In this document: one piece after another, positions 13,460-27,144 of the stretch | How the letters are laid out: each line of letters starts with the position of its first letter | Position numbering within the stretch: the first letter of the stretch is position 1 | Assembly (NCBI GenBank): GCA_002633005.1 | Contig: NMRA01000071.1 | Span: 12,120-76,119, forward strand | DNA from: Phoronis australis | Lineage: Eukaryota; Animalia; Phoronida | Direction of reading: 5' to 3' | Length of the DNA: 64,000 nt | Made by a program: the position numbers and the translations under genes | Notes under the pieces: generated by a model | Told to the model about the DNA's origin: nothing | Databases searched by the model: none | The model's input: the letters and a program-made list of their open reading frames with translations, nothing else

Positions 13460-14533
13460 ATCTTTCCCTCCGTGTTTTTGTACAAAACACGACTAATTAA
13501 ATACTGATCTAGCATGTGGTTACTAAGACAAGTACAAATACAAAGGAGCACGTACACACGTGCACGTACACACATACACCAATAGCAGGTACAGGGGGAG
13601 ATGAACTGCATTAGGTTATCCATTTTGGTGCCACAAATATGTTCATTTTTTGATTAAATATGATCATAGCTGCTTACATGTAATGGGCGTGTAAGAACAG
13701 GAGTCGCCCTCAGTTTTATATGGTCTTTGTACCCGGAACAGTACCTCTAAAAACACTTTCGTTTAATTAAATTTAATCAATCTTATATTGACAGGGTCCC
13801 ATGTTAGCAGATGCAAACTTTATTTTGTGATGAAACATAGTGACGACCTCTAGTGTTATTGTTAAGCTTTGGTTCTTATTTTGATATATTTATGGACTTA
13901 AAACTTGCTTATCAGGAACATATTATTATGATATTATATATTAGTTGGATGGTTTCATGTGTTACTTTTGTAACATTTCACTTGGGAATGAATCGATAAT
14001 CAAGAATGCATAGAGGGACAAGTTTTAAAGAGACAAGTTCACCAAGCATTTCTATCTAAATACTGGGCCATCTGTCAGTAACTGGGTGAATGATCCTGAC
14101 ATTTATAATACGAATGTGTGTTAAATGATTTTCTGTAAAACTTTCTAAATAGGATAAAAAATACGCTTTTACTCCCCAGCAATGTAAACCATTTATGGCC
14201 GGTATGCACTTTTCGTCTTCCGTATGACTCTTGTTGTTCTTCATCAACTCTCCGACTCCACAACTTATGGTTCCCCCGTTCATTGCTTGCGTTGCATGTT
14301 CCAGCGCTTTCGTAACAACCGATGTTCGTGGAACAGTGCCCCGGAGGACTATCGTTGTGTTTTAATGTTCCCGATACTTGATTATTTGAAATTCTTAGCT
14401 TCATTAAAGCAGATTTATTGCTTTCCGTCAGAAAAGACAAGCTTTGATTTAGGTCACCACTTATCGCTTTGAGATTGGTCTCAGATTGTTCCTTAGTCAA
14501 AATGAATGCAGTATTTAAAGTCTGTAAAAGAAC

Positions 14534-14804
14534 TGTAACTCGGTTATTTCTTCAGATCCTAGCACAATGTACGGAGCTTGGTTATTTCTTCAGATCCAAG
14601 CACAATGTAAGGAGCTTGGTTATTTCTTCAGGTATAAGCACAATGTAACGAGCTTGGTTATTTCTTCAGATCCAAGCACAACGTAACGAGCTTGGTTATT
14701 TCTTCAGATCCAAGCACAATGTAACGAACTCGGTTATTTTTTCAGATCCAAGCACAATGTAACAAGCTCGGTTATTTCTTCAGATCCAAGTACGATGTAA
14801 CGAG
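14534..14804. repeat. 38-bp minisatellite, ~7 copies
   Basis: gagcttggttatttcttcagatccaagcacaatgtaac repeated. Confidence 0.92.
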
Positions 14805-15771
14805 CGTGATTCCTTAAATAATGGCGTGTTAGATCTTCCCAAGTTGCATTATGGAACATTTTCTCTGTTTCTGGCGTCATCACGTGCTAATTGGTCCTGT
14901 AACGCATGGGGTATCTCGGGAAGACTAATCGCGACCATGCCTTTTCCGGGTTTTGCGACTGCCTTCATTTTTGGAAGGCAGCTAAGTTGTCATTTGATAC
15001 GCTCAGCCTTTAGATGACTCTGAGTTCGAGAATTGTGAAAGCAGTCATGTTTAGACTCCGGTTTATGGTGGTTTGCGACTTTACATTTTAGCCACTATCT
15101 CACCAGTGTTCAAATGTTGGTGACACTGTTCCATCAGTCTCCAACTGTTGGTGACACTGTTCCATCAATATTGACGACGGAGTCCTAAAATGCCTCGAAC
15201 ACACAGGGGTTAATTTAGTTTTGTTTTTTTGGTGTTGTACATTTCGTTTTCCCCGATTCTCTGCGGTTATGGAGAATTTTATCATGGTGTCTGACCAAAA
15301 TTATACTGCATAGGCTGATCCATGAAGGTCAAGGGGGTCTGGACCCACATTTTCCTTTGATTTGGGTGATATCAAATCTTGAATTTCAAATTATTGACTT
15401 GGAGCCTCTTTTTTAAAAAATACTTCAACCAATCACTCCCTCTTTTAAAAAATCCTGAATCCGTCCCTGCACTGTTGCCAAAAAATCCATTTTTGAGGAC
15501 GTGCTTGTGCTGCCATTCCTATCCCCACAGAACCAAATTTTATTTCCCATACAGCACCGAGCTGCTTCGATAATACTTTTCAGCACATAAATATTTTATG
15601 GTCTGTGCCTGGACCAGTTCTGATCATAATTTCTCTTGATGTTGCATTGTCAACAAACCTATCTGTACAACCTCCTTGTGACGTCCATCCCTCTGTCGGC
15701 CAAATTCTAAGAATTGTCCTCTTATTGGGAAGAGCTGGCTGGCAATGATTTGTAGACAATTTTGACTACTG

Positions 15772-15790
15772 TAGCGCCCCCTAGTGGCAG
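15772..15790 (-). promoter_or_regulatory. Consensus-like CTCF binding motif
   Basis: Reverse complement is CTGCCACTAGGGGGCGCTA, matching the CCACYAGRKGGCRC core. Motif match only. Confidence 0.5.
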
Positions 15791-17567
15791 TTCTGGTTTT
15801 TGCATCCGCAGGATCTTCGTGTATTTCTGTAAACGTGACAACGACTTATGGACTTATCTGACTACCGCTGTGCGTCCAAGAGCAGTTTTACTTTTAACGA
15901 TCTTGGCAAATGTGTTCCTATCGAGGAGAGCTGTGCTGACTTGCTATCGGCTAAATCACAGTCAATGCCCATATTGGGTTGACTGTGTTACGGTCTAAAA
16001 TAATTTTTTGGTTACTTACCAAATGCCAACTGAATCTCATATGCAAAGAGTTATTTAGTTGTGCAAATTAAAAAAGAATCATCAAAATCGGACAATGTTT
16101 GAGAAATTTATGCATGTTTTTGTCTATGAATTTCATGCATTTTTAGCGTTAAGAGTAGGTATTTTAAAAATTACAATTTTCAATTGTCAACAGTAGAAAA
16201 GAAATTTATTTTATCAAGTAAGCAATTGCTTAGATATGACTGAGAATAATTTGAGTCACTTTCAGAATCACTTAAATGAAGCTGTGCTTAATCATTGAGA
16301 AATGGCATGGTTCATCATAGAACAGGCACTCGTTACGAAATTTTTAAATTCTGTGTTTCTAACCCTCACCTACTACAAAGAAGGATAAAAACTAAAGTTC
16401 ACGCTCTGTAATAGAAAGAACTGTAGAATATGTAAGCCTAAGCAATACAGCAAATTATTCAATATCTCAACAAACCAAAAGTTTGGATATTGACTGGGCT
16501 TTGATATGTCGAAAATGGGCCAAAAAGGATAACAAAATGTAATGTACTTTCCCCCATTTGGAGTTCAGTAACACAGATGGTTATTGCAATTGAAATTATT
16601 GCCTTTTAAATAACAACATGAGACTTATTATCATCAAATAAAAATTGCAATTCAACATTATGTGACCATGTGATTCAGAAACAGTGATGTAGTGTACGTA
16701 CCCCCCTTTGTAGTGTATGTACCCTCCTGTTTACAAATGCCATGAAATTAAAATATCACTTGGTAACTGAGCAACACTGGTTATAGACAGTTTCCTTCCT
16801 TAAAAATGTTAAGTTAAAAGAGTGTTTATTGCAGTGGCAGGTTCTTTATCTCTCAAGACAACTCGCAATAAACCAACAATTAGAGGCAGCGCAAAACTCG
16901 AGACCATCCCATACATTTGTAACTGAGTCAAATTTGACGTTGATTAACTGTTTACGTATCCCCCAACCAGTGCCATTTTGTACTGTTTACAAGTGGAACA
17001 CTGGGCCTAGCATTACTTTAACTATTTTCACCAACTGGTGAATGTATTAAAAATAGGGAAATAGCACCAATAAAGTTTTTAAAAAGTAGTTACGTGTACT
17101 TGTCATTTTCTTTTTGTAAGAATCACGTTGCAAGAGCTGGAAGTTCTCATTAAACTGTGTTAAGATATACAATGTATCATCATCTAGAACATCTTGATCA
17201 GCACGGTAATGACTTTCTTACTTTAGTATGTGATACTTCTTCAATTTGATCAAGAACTTATTAAATTAACAGCTACCTTATGAATTTTTGCATGGTAGAA
17301 GTGGGTTGTGACCACAAGTTGTAGTGTACGTACCCTTTTATACAACTGTGATGCATTAGGCCATAAAATTTTATTCGGTGGTTCTTGTGCAAAAATATTT
17401 TAGATTACAAACCTGGAATGATGGTAATTTAAAAGAACTAGCTTACTAGAAATTCTCCCTTTAGTGGACTCTTTGAAATAGTAATCATCTCTTGTATTTG
17501 AGATATGTGCGATTCACAAGGTGGACGCATAATAAAGCTCCCCGTATCTCACTTGAGCAAAATTTTT

Positions 17568-18270
17568 ATATGCGCTAAATGCGAAGCGATACCGAAGCTA
17601 GTTCACAGTGAAACAAGACGTGTAGGTGAGATAAAAGGTCATATATATTATGGCAAACTAAACTACTACAGATATTGATAAATACAAAAGTTATATAATA
17701 TGTTGAGCTGTAAAAGTGAGTGACAATCTGTCGGACAAACAGCAGTATGGGAGGTCCAATGAAGCAATGAAGGTATACACACGTGTTGAACTAGAAAGAG
17801 ATGTACAATAAGCGGAAGCAACACCGGGACACCGACATGGGAAAATTTAAAGTAAACAGGGAAGGAAAAAATTGGTTTGAGGGAGGGAGAGAAAAGAAAT
17901 TGACTGAAAACTCAAAACTTGAGGAGAATTATGGACAATGGCCCAGTGTTGCGACAAGACAGAGATCACGTGGTACAATTAAACCAATAACCGTGGAACA
18001 AAGAAGGTCACTGACCCGATTATCCAAACAATATGATAATGAGGAGGAAGCAGTCTAGCTTACATAGAATAATTTAATACTTTCAAGTATTTAAAAATAA
18101 TATCCACATGCGCTAATTGTGAAGCGACACCGAAGCTAGTTTACAATGAAACAACACGAGTAGGTGAGATAAAAGGTCATATACATTGTGAAAAACTTAA
18201 GTACTGCAAATATCGATAAAGTTATATAATATGTTGAGCTCTAAAGGCTGGTGACAATCTGCCACAGATG
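17568..18270 (+). repeat. Dispersed ~520-bp repeat (one full plus one partial tandem copy)
   Basis: atgcgctaa..gcgaagcga.accgaagctagtt..aggtgagataaaaggtcat occurs at ~17570 and ~18110, with an inverted copy at 27145-27670. Confidence 0.85.
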
Positions 18271-19489
18271 CAGCAGAAGGATGCATCCGCCCTATACACA
18301 TAAAGCAATAGCTGTTGTGTTTTTTTTAGATTATGAAGACGAGTAACGTTACGACAAACAGTGTCCAGTAGAGAGACAACAAAGATCAAGGGAATTCAGG
18401 AACTGTAATTAATAAAGACTTTCTCTTTAAAAATAATCATTTAAAAATTGTTCGACACAATTTTTCAAAAAAGATGCCTTTCATCAGTAGATTTTTGTCC
18501 CGAATCTTCCTAAGCAGGCAGACAACCGCTAACTTTATTCTGATTTAGCTCCTTTAACATTTTGTTTCAGAAAACGAAAAAGTGACACTTTTTATGGAAA
18601 TTCAATTGTGACAGGTCATTGCATTAAAATGTGTGGCTATTGAAAGTTAAAGTTACAATTCTGGTAAAAATTTGTCTGAAGATGGCTGCGCAGTCACCAG
18701 TACATCTGCTGCATCGCCATGAACAGAAGAACGTGAAATTCTAGTGACGGTTAAGAATAGGCGTCTCCACCACAAGGCTCTAGAATAAATTTAATACATG
18801 AGATCATATGTGACGTTTAGCACAGAGAATTTGTTAGTATTTATTTCTAAGTAACGAGTAGAAAACATACATTCTTCATTAGACACTGGTTTTCTGAAAA
18901 TAATTTAGCTAGAGGAAACACCATAGAGTCTACTCCGAAATTTTCAACATATTCTTGATAACTGCAGGCAGGTGACACTCATATTCATAGTGCAAAAATT
19001 TAATGAAACACTGATATTTGGAACGGTCCGTCTTTTAAATTAAAATTTAGCGGAATAGATAACTTTTAGCAAGTTTATAAAATCCAATTTAAAAGTTGCG
19101 ATTGGTTATTTTATTTTTCCCTAATAAAACTACAGTTTTTGTGATAACTGAATTTAGTTAAAACCTCTGTTACTATTTGCAAAGAGGAGCATAGCAGCAC
19201 AATGCTCAGAACGTTGCCTCATCAGTCGTAGCACGCTTATTTTGGATTTCAAATTTTGAATAACGATTAATACGCTTTATATATTGAAACACCTACATCT
19301 AGTTCGTTGCAATGGGGGAATTGGGGTTGATTGTAATTTGTAACAAACTCTAAAACAAAACATGCATTATATTTATTGAATTGCCTTATGCCGGTATCCT
19401 CTCCATCAATCACATTGAATTATCAAACTTATATATGACGGTAGTATATACGTGTACTTCACTTGTCTTGGATCATCCGTGGACAAAAT

Positions 19490-19562
19490 ATGAGATCTGT
19501 AGAAGCTTTCTTCTTTGGTTTGATAGTGATGGCGTTGTGCTGTTGGTCTTACGCCAACGATG
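19490..19562 (+). CDS. Exon 1 of Cry-domain-I-like/FN2 gene: signal peptide MRSVEAFFFGLIVMALCCWSYAND
   Basis: ATG with A at -3, basic N-terminus, hydrophobic core and S-Y-A cleavage motif. Donor G|gtcagt (phase 1). TATA-like tatata near 19445. Confidence 0.75.
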
Positions 19563-19752
19563 GTCAGTAACAACACCAGGTCTGGGTTCCCTGGGAGCAG
19601 GAATCATGCAAAAGAACCTAGTGTGGTCATTCGCTTTTATTATAATGCATGTCGATATCTCACAAGACTTGCGTGGTCTCTTGTTTTCACGCGTACCGTG
19701 TACCTCACGTCTACGGAACGCATGATTCATTAGCGTGTGAGGACGTGAGCAG

Positions 19753-19948
19753 AAAAGTTTGTTATTCAATAGATTAGATGTCCAGCTAAATAAAAGTTTG
19801 TTATTCAATAGATTAGATGTCCAGCTAAATAAAAGTTTGTTATTCAATAGATTAGATGTCCAGCTAAATAAAAGTTTGTTATTCAATAGATTAGATGTCC
19901 AGCTAAATAAAAGTTTGTTATTCAATAGATTTGATGTCCAGCTAAATC
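19753..19948. repeat. 39-bp minisatellite, 5 copies (intron 1)
   Basis: aaaagtttgttattcaatagattagatgtccagctaaat repeated. Confidence 0.95.
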
Positions 19949-20392
19949 AATTTTGTATCTTTTGCTGCCAATTTTTACAAAATTCAGTCGAAGGCATTAG
20001 CATATTTTTAATGTGACTAATTAATTTGCCAAAGAATGTAAAAGCCAGTAGACCCTACAGGAAGTCCTGCAAAACCCATAATAAAGCATGGACTTATCAG
20101 CCGTGCACCACTGTTTGATGCCCAACCTAGGTCTGCGCTTTGGTTGAGTTTGCCAGCCAATTCCCTCAACAACTGATGGATCGATTTTCAAAGTGTTGAT
20201 GACTGATCAGGTATACAGAGCGCCTATTACATTACCTAACAGTGTTACCTGGTTATGCGGAGGGTTTATATGTCTATTAGCGTGTGACAGCACCAGGTTC
20301 GGGTGAGTTTGCCCATAAATAACTGTAATTCTTATCAACTAAATAAGTTGTTACTGTCGGAACTCAAACATTATATTTTGTTTCTGTTTAAG

Positions 20393-20686
20393 AACGACGG
20401 TGGGTTGTTGGTTTTCAAAAGGTTGATGGTGTTTGTAAACCTGTGGGTGGCCTCGCTCAGCCAGGACGTCTTCCGTTCCGCTTCTCGTCGATGGACGACT
20501 GCCTGGAGAACAAGGTAGCGCAAACATTTGACAAGGCCGCCAAGCGTTGGGAAGGTTTCGTGCTTGACGACGGACAGTGTCTTAAGGTCTGGGCTCGGTC
20601 ACTGCTCAATCCGTTCAATCTCGTCAAGTTGCCTGACTGCGAAAAGGAACGTATATCTATGAAAACTGCCCTGGCTACCTTGGAGG
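20393..20686 (+). CDS. Exon 2 (phase 1-1, 294 nt): (E)RRWVVGFQKVDGVCKPVGGLAQPGRLPFRFSSMDDCLENKVAQTFDKAAKRWEGFVLDDGQCLKVWARSLLNPFNLVKLPDCEKERISMKTALATLE
   Basis: Acceptor ttttgtttctgtttaag|, open frame in phase with exon 1, donor G|gtatgt. Two internal W..F...DG.C...DC repeats. Confidence 0.75.
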
Positions 20687-21231
20687 GTATGTATATGTTC
20701 ACACTTCATGGCCTATATTGTTGAGTACACACTAAAATGTAGATGATTTGACATTCATTCTTTTCTGCCGCCTGAGTCGTTGTAATTTGAATAGCTATAA
20801 AATTGATTAAGTAGAAATTTCTGAGAGCACCTATTGGTGGTTCTACATCGGCCTTCACAGATTTTTCTGAATTTTTATGAGGACTTGGACTACCCTTAGA
20901 TCTGTACTGTCACCTTTGATTTTTCTGACACAAACCTTGTTTTCGTTTTTATGCTGATCGTGCAAAAATGGCTTTTTCGACACTTAATTCAGTGAAAAAG
21001 CTGTCAACTTTGCAAGACTACCGAGGCATCTTAAAAGTTAGGAATAATTATGATTTTTCTCTGTGAATGTATTGGACCTTAAGATCCAGGAACACTTTTG
21101 ATATTTAAGATAGATACTTTAGTATTAAAGAACTGGCTTTTCAAAAATTGAGAATTTTTGCGAATTTTAAATGGGCAGATTTTGGCCATTTTAAACGAAA
21201 GAGCAAGCAAGGGATATAGCATATGTGAATA

Positions 21232-21425
21232 GGCAACCAGTGTGATTTGGTACTTGGGCGAGTTTAGTACATATATAAAGTCAACCAGTATGATTTGGTA
21301 GTATTGGGCTAGTTTAGTGTCTTCATAAAGTCACCCAGTGTGAGTTGGTAGTATTGGGCGAGTTTAGTACCTCATAAAGTCAACCAGTGTGAGTTGGTAG
21401 TACTGGGCTAATTTAGTACCCACAT
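21232..21425. repeat. ~48-50-bp tandem repeat, ~4 copies
   Basis: aaccagtgtgagttggtagtattgggcgagtttagtacctcataaagtc repeated. Confidence 0.85.
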
Positions 21426-23104
21426 AAATTCAAACGTTTGCTCTTTTGCCCACTTACTTGCTAACATGTAATTTTACTGAGTATAGCTTGCACTCTGATA
21501 CAGTGATCACACAGCAGTTTTGTAACAAGATGAATTGCAAACATCACGTTTTGTTTTGTTAAGTGGATATGAAGATATTTTTTTTTAATTTAGAGAGTTT
21601 TGGGACCACTGGAAGCCCAACAAGGGGGATTGGTTATGCGAACCGTTCCCCTCCCCTTCTGTTAACTTTTCTATGTAGTCTAGAGACAACATTCACTTCA
21701 CATTGGTAGTGATGGTGCAGTAGCGCGAAGGGTATGAGACAAAAGTGAAAGTGGTGGTGATTGTGTAGGTTCCGGGGGGGGCGACTTTGGTCCCTCAACG
21801 AAATACAATACAAAACGTGATTATGCTCAAACAGCGAGGTCTGTGTATCTTTTTGGTGTTTATCAAGTGCACTGCTTTTTATGACAATACTATTTTATGC
21901 TTTCATATTCACCATTTATTTATACGAGAGCGAGTGAAGACTACAGCTGTGCCTGTTGCCACATAGTGTAGCAATCTATGCTGTAGCTGATTCATAAGCC
22001 TAGCTACGCCTTCGGCGTCTACATGTGATGTATTACTGTAATGACATTGCATGTTATATGGAGGCAACACCACGACCGTGGGTCATTTTTCCGCGGAACA
22101 ATGGAGTTGTTAGTAAATATCCATTGAGAAAAATATCTTTCAAAACTAGCTACTAAATATGACAGCACAACTAACACCTTAAAAAGGAAGTGAGTCAAGC
22201 AATGTTTGTAAGGAACAGAGCGCCACCTTGTGCCTCAGAACCCACCTTACTGGCACAACAATGTTTTTACTCTCTCACCATAATAACTGTGTTTTGTGTT
22301 ACACTTCCTCAAATTTGACCTCTCAGTCCTTCTTTCATGTCAGGGAATGGACAAGAAAAGCAATGCTTAACTGGTGTTGGCTGACAGTGTTGTTGGCCAC
22401 GGTGTGATGAGCAAGCTGTTCAAACATGGTCTGCTTGAGACTGCTTCTAAGAGGAGTACACAGCCAGTTCATTTGTGAAAAGACACTTCCCTGCATGTTT
22501 CTATGCTCCACCGCATGGCTTTTCGTAATTCTTCTCTTGTAGAAGTTCTTTGTGTTCTATTCTAAGCGGCGGACGAAGAAAAGTTGTGTTTATTACTTGG
22601 CGAGATTCTTTCGCCAAGTATGTTTTGTTATCACTCTACAGGTCGCAGTTTTCGTCCGATTCTCACAAAACTCACACACAACCTCTCGCTTTAAAATACC
22701 TCAAAGGCTATAGTTTTTTGTCGTGATAGGATTCATAATGGTGGACGTGGCTGCCGTTTTGTTTTCAAGTTCATTACACAAATTCTCATGGGTGCCGCAA
22801 TTTTTTGAGGCACACGGCTGAAAATCTGTAAGATTGGTGATACTCAGAAGTTTTTCCTCAGTTTGGCCTCCCCCGGCACGATGAACTGAGGGAAAGTAGT
22901 TTATTTCTTTTCTACATTCAAAGTGCGTTTCTTTCCAATTATGCCTACAGCAAACCTAGCTGGCGATGCCGAAAAGGAGCCAAAAATACACAAAAGTGGC
23001 AGTTTACAACCCAAAACCACCACTCGCATGCAACTACTGGGCACCAGCAAACAACACACTCAGAATGCAAAACCGCTTCCGATTTCAAAGATTGAGAAGA
23101 AAAT

Positions 23105-23708
23105 CGGATTCGTCTAAAACCCCCTCGACCCTTACACCACACGACCCCCTCGACCCCCTCGGTCCACGACTCCCTCGACCCTGTCTACACAAGCTATACT
23201 GGATATGGAAATAGAACAAGCACTGACTTGCAAGACCAATGAGTTAGGCCGTGAGGTTGGCAGGCTCTTTCCTTTTTTTTGCAATTAAGAAGTCAAGTTT
23301 GAAAGCCAAAATTAGTAAAAAAAAAACCAACGCGACCAAATCAAATGAAAGACCTACCAACGTTACAAATGTCGTTCCGGGCAGAGTGTAATCGTCGTCT
23401 CGTCTGCTCTTCAGTGAATGGCAGATTCAAAGTTATTTTGCGGAGAGTGCGAGGAACCGACAAAACTGTTATATCATCAGTATTTAAAGGTTGTTAACTA
23501 AAAAGTATTTCAACGTCATATCGAGTATATTGTAAACGAGTATGCAACAGAAAGCAAATAATAAAACTGATGTGTACTTAGTCACACAATAACAGGATGT
23601 TTGTAGGTTGTTATTGTTTATGAGTTCAGTAGTTTAATTGGTATTATGTCATACGATTCCTGTATACGAAGTGTTTCATAGGTAATCCATCATCTGTTGT
23701 TATGTAGT

Positions 23709-23791
<83 letters not shown>

Positions 23792-24195
23792 GTGTGTTCA
23801 GTGTTCAGTTCAATTCTGTTCGTTTCACTGTGTAGTTCCTGGAGTGTCTACTTTATTTGACAAAGTAAGATACACAACAAACATTGTGAACTTATGTACA
23901 TTCACGTTCACGTAATCTCTCCCTAATTTTGTCAGAACAGGGCCATTGGTAGCCGCTCGTGGAACTATTTCCGTGACAACGATAGCGCGCTCACAATGCA
24001 CTATTTCAGGTCACGTTCAATCTCCAGACTTGAGCCATTAGTCACTCAGCTACGTAATAACAATATGAAATATGTAAAAAGCGCAGAAATGCCTCTATTG
24101 CAACAGTTCGTGGGCCGAGGGGGTCGCGAGTCGAGGGCGAAGTGGGTTGAGGGGGTCGAGGGGTGTGGGGGTCGAGGGGGTTTTAGAACAATCCA
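23105..24195. mobile_element. Non-autonomous TIR element (~1.1 kb) with 7-8 bp TSD
   Basis: Ends cggattcgtctaaaaccccctcgaccc and gggtcgagggggttttagaacaatcca, flanked on both sides by (a)agaaaat. Contains a (GT)n(AT)n microsatellite at 23709-23788. Confidence 0.7.
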
Positions 24196-25217
24196 AGAAA
24201 ATGGGTATCGACCAGCTCGCGACCAGCCCGTTTTTTCGCTAACCTGAAAAGTCTAAGGGTTACCTGAATTTCCGGCCAAAATTTGCGTTGCCTACAAGAA
24301 GTGACAGAGTGGTTACGAACAGCCACGGTTGCCAGAAAAAAGGTCAAGGGGGCAACAACAAGCATTTTTTTACAAAACAGGTTCAAGACATACAATTGCC
24401 ACTCGTAGCCTCCACACTCACACTACATGCCAATCCAGCAGGTGCCAATTTCTTATGAATTTGAGTGGGAGTCCACTCGACTGTAGCTCGAAAATGCTAT
24501 CGGGTGCCACCATAGGCGACATGTACTACACATGTGCTGTAAATCATTAAAGTTCGGTAAAAGATGACAGAAATATCGGCCATTGCGTTTCTGCATCTCG
24601 ATTTTAGGACGGAAACATTTTGTACTGTAGAGGGCGCATTGTAGAACCAATTGCTTCGAAACTTTTCATGTTTAAATTTTCTCTGAATAGATATTATCAA
24701 GTGCTGCTTAACTGGAAATTGTTTTCAAAATGGCAGATCTGACGAATTTTCGTCACTTTTCAATGGTTCCGAACATAGACATCACATAGACCGGGCTCCC
24801 GCCACTCAGATGCATGCAGCTCGCGTTATCAATGTGACGCCATATTGGAGAGTGCTACAAAGGTCAAAAATGGCGAAAAACACTGGGAGCCATACGGCTT
24901 CAGTCAAAAAATGCGGGGGCTCGCAGTGTTATGCCTGCAGCCAAAGACAATAAGTTTTTTGTGCTGTCATTGAGTCATGGGTTTTTTGGTTCGACAATGG
25001 TTTTTAATGATGCTGCCATTAGGTTTTTATGTTCAGCCACCATAGTTTAAGCGGAGCGACTATATGCGTTGTTTCCACATCAGTCTTGGTGATTGAGACC
25101 TTATAAGATCAATTAAAAAGATAATTATTGACCACCATAGGCTGTTATCCAATGATGGTGCGGTTCACTAAATATATTTAAGTAAATATTTGGTATTAAT
25201 TACAATCATATGTATTC

Positions 25218-25590
25218 TTCTGTTTCTGTTACTGTTTCTGTTTCTGTTTCTGTGGTGACGTCAGAGGGTAGGCACCGGGATAGTCTCTGGCCCTCCTCCT
25301 TCCAGTATCGCATGCAATGTAAATTTGGAGATGCAACCAAGTTCGTGCTGGTTACACACTCTTCGATCTTTTCCCCTGATACGAGTTTTTGCTGCATCTC
25401 CGTATTGCCATTCTCGCTCTATGAAGCGCTTTGTTGCCCATCTCTCCTGCTGTTGTACAATCTCGGCATCTGTAAACGATTCACGCACTCTGGAGATTAT
25501 ATCTGCAGGTGTGAGGAGCAGGTCGGCAATCGGTTATGCGATGCCTGCAAGCTTATCCGCCTTGACGTTGTATTTTTACTTGTACTGAAA
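25218..25590 (-). mobile_element. 5'-truncated non-LTR retrotransposon 3' end (RNase H C-terminal region) with (GAAACA)n tail
   Basis: Minus-strand YNVKADKLAGIA*PIADLLLTPADIISRVRES...GKDRRVCNQHELGCISKFTLHAIL resembles the N..AD.LA motif at the end of RNase H. It has in-frame stops and is followed by a hexamer tail. Confidence 0.55.
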
Positions 25591-27144
25591 AATAACATCC
25601 CCGAACTTACTCGCCAGCCATCAAAGTCAGTACATCTAAGTGAATAGTGTATTCCCTATAGAAATATATACTAATTTAAAAACTCATTTCATAACATGTA
25701 TTCCAAAATCAAATGTTTTCTGTTGTATCAAAACAAACAAATCCCTGCAAAATCTGAATTTATGTCGAAGTTGATATTGGAAATTTTGTAGATTTGCACT
25801 GCTTGCTTACGAGCTCTCTGTTTTGTGACGAAACTTGCGCAAGAAAGTAAAGTGCGTAGTAACCAAAATATCAAACCTATACCACTGAATTGCGCATCCA
25901 ACCTTTATCCAAAATACAGAATTTCCAACTCCAAACCGAATGGAAATATACGCAACCGAGCCGATGTAGCATTAGTTATGACCCCGTGAAAAATGAACCG
26001 GTTAATTTTTTTCACAGGATCTAAATTTAATGTGAAGAATTTTCAGCCCATGAAAAAATGACCCCACGTCCGTGAAAACCTGTCCCGTCATTATTCAGCG
26101 GTTACCCGCTACAGGGTGTTGGGATTAGCAGACAGCGTGCGTGAGAGCAGAATTTATTTTAAATTTCTCGATGGAGGGTCGCGCAGTTCGTATATCAGAT
26201 TAAGGGCAGGGGTGGTTAGGAACTGAAATAATGGGTGGGGGCGGGGCTGATCTCTTTGTGAGCACACAATTACACGGTGTGGGGATACAACAAAACGCCA
26301 ATAAGCGCCTGGTGCTTTATCGGGAGCACTTCAGATCCATGAGGGAGGAATACGGTGCGTGAGACAATAACATTTGTACGTTGGCAATTCCGAGCGCAGC
26401 ACAAGAAAGGAACTGAGTCTGTGTTCTTTGATTTTTACATTACGGCGTCATCCCGTTGAGTCTGACTTGTTGAATTGTATGTCACAAGTTGGGCGAATGA
26501 CCGCTGTAGCCAATATCTTACACTGCCGACTATTCTGGCAGTTGGAGTCGCTAATTGCTCTAATCTCCGATAAGATCGTATCTTATATCTTCACTGGGCT
26601 GTGCTGTTAAAAACAAACTAAGTTACAAAATGTTTGAACATAAACGAATGACATTTCTGAATTGCCCATCAAATACTGATCAAGCTTATAGTTTTTGAAT
26701 CACCATAATCGCCCAACTACAATCAAACTTAAGACAATCTATTCTGTCCGAACATAGTATCAACGTACTGGATTTGACTGTGTTCACATGTGATCGGTTA
26801 TAAGACTGGTAGATAATTTATCGGCATGTTGTCCTACCAGGCAAAAGTCTATGCTCGGCAGTTAACAAAGGCGCTAGATGTTATCACACCCCGCTCACGA
26901 CCCCTGTACTGAATGGGACAACGCCCTAATGAACTTTAAAAACCTGTCAATTATTTGTATGACCCCAATGAGGTAATTTTAAACAGTAGTTCACATAAAA
27001 TTTAAACCCCATCATAAGCGAACCGGGTCATATTTTAATGTTACAAAGTTACCCGGGTGCATTGTTCAACACTCAGTGAAAAGGCTTATTGGGGCACCAC
27101 GAAAGCACGTCTCGAGTGAGCGGCATGTCTCCTAGAAATATATC

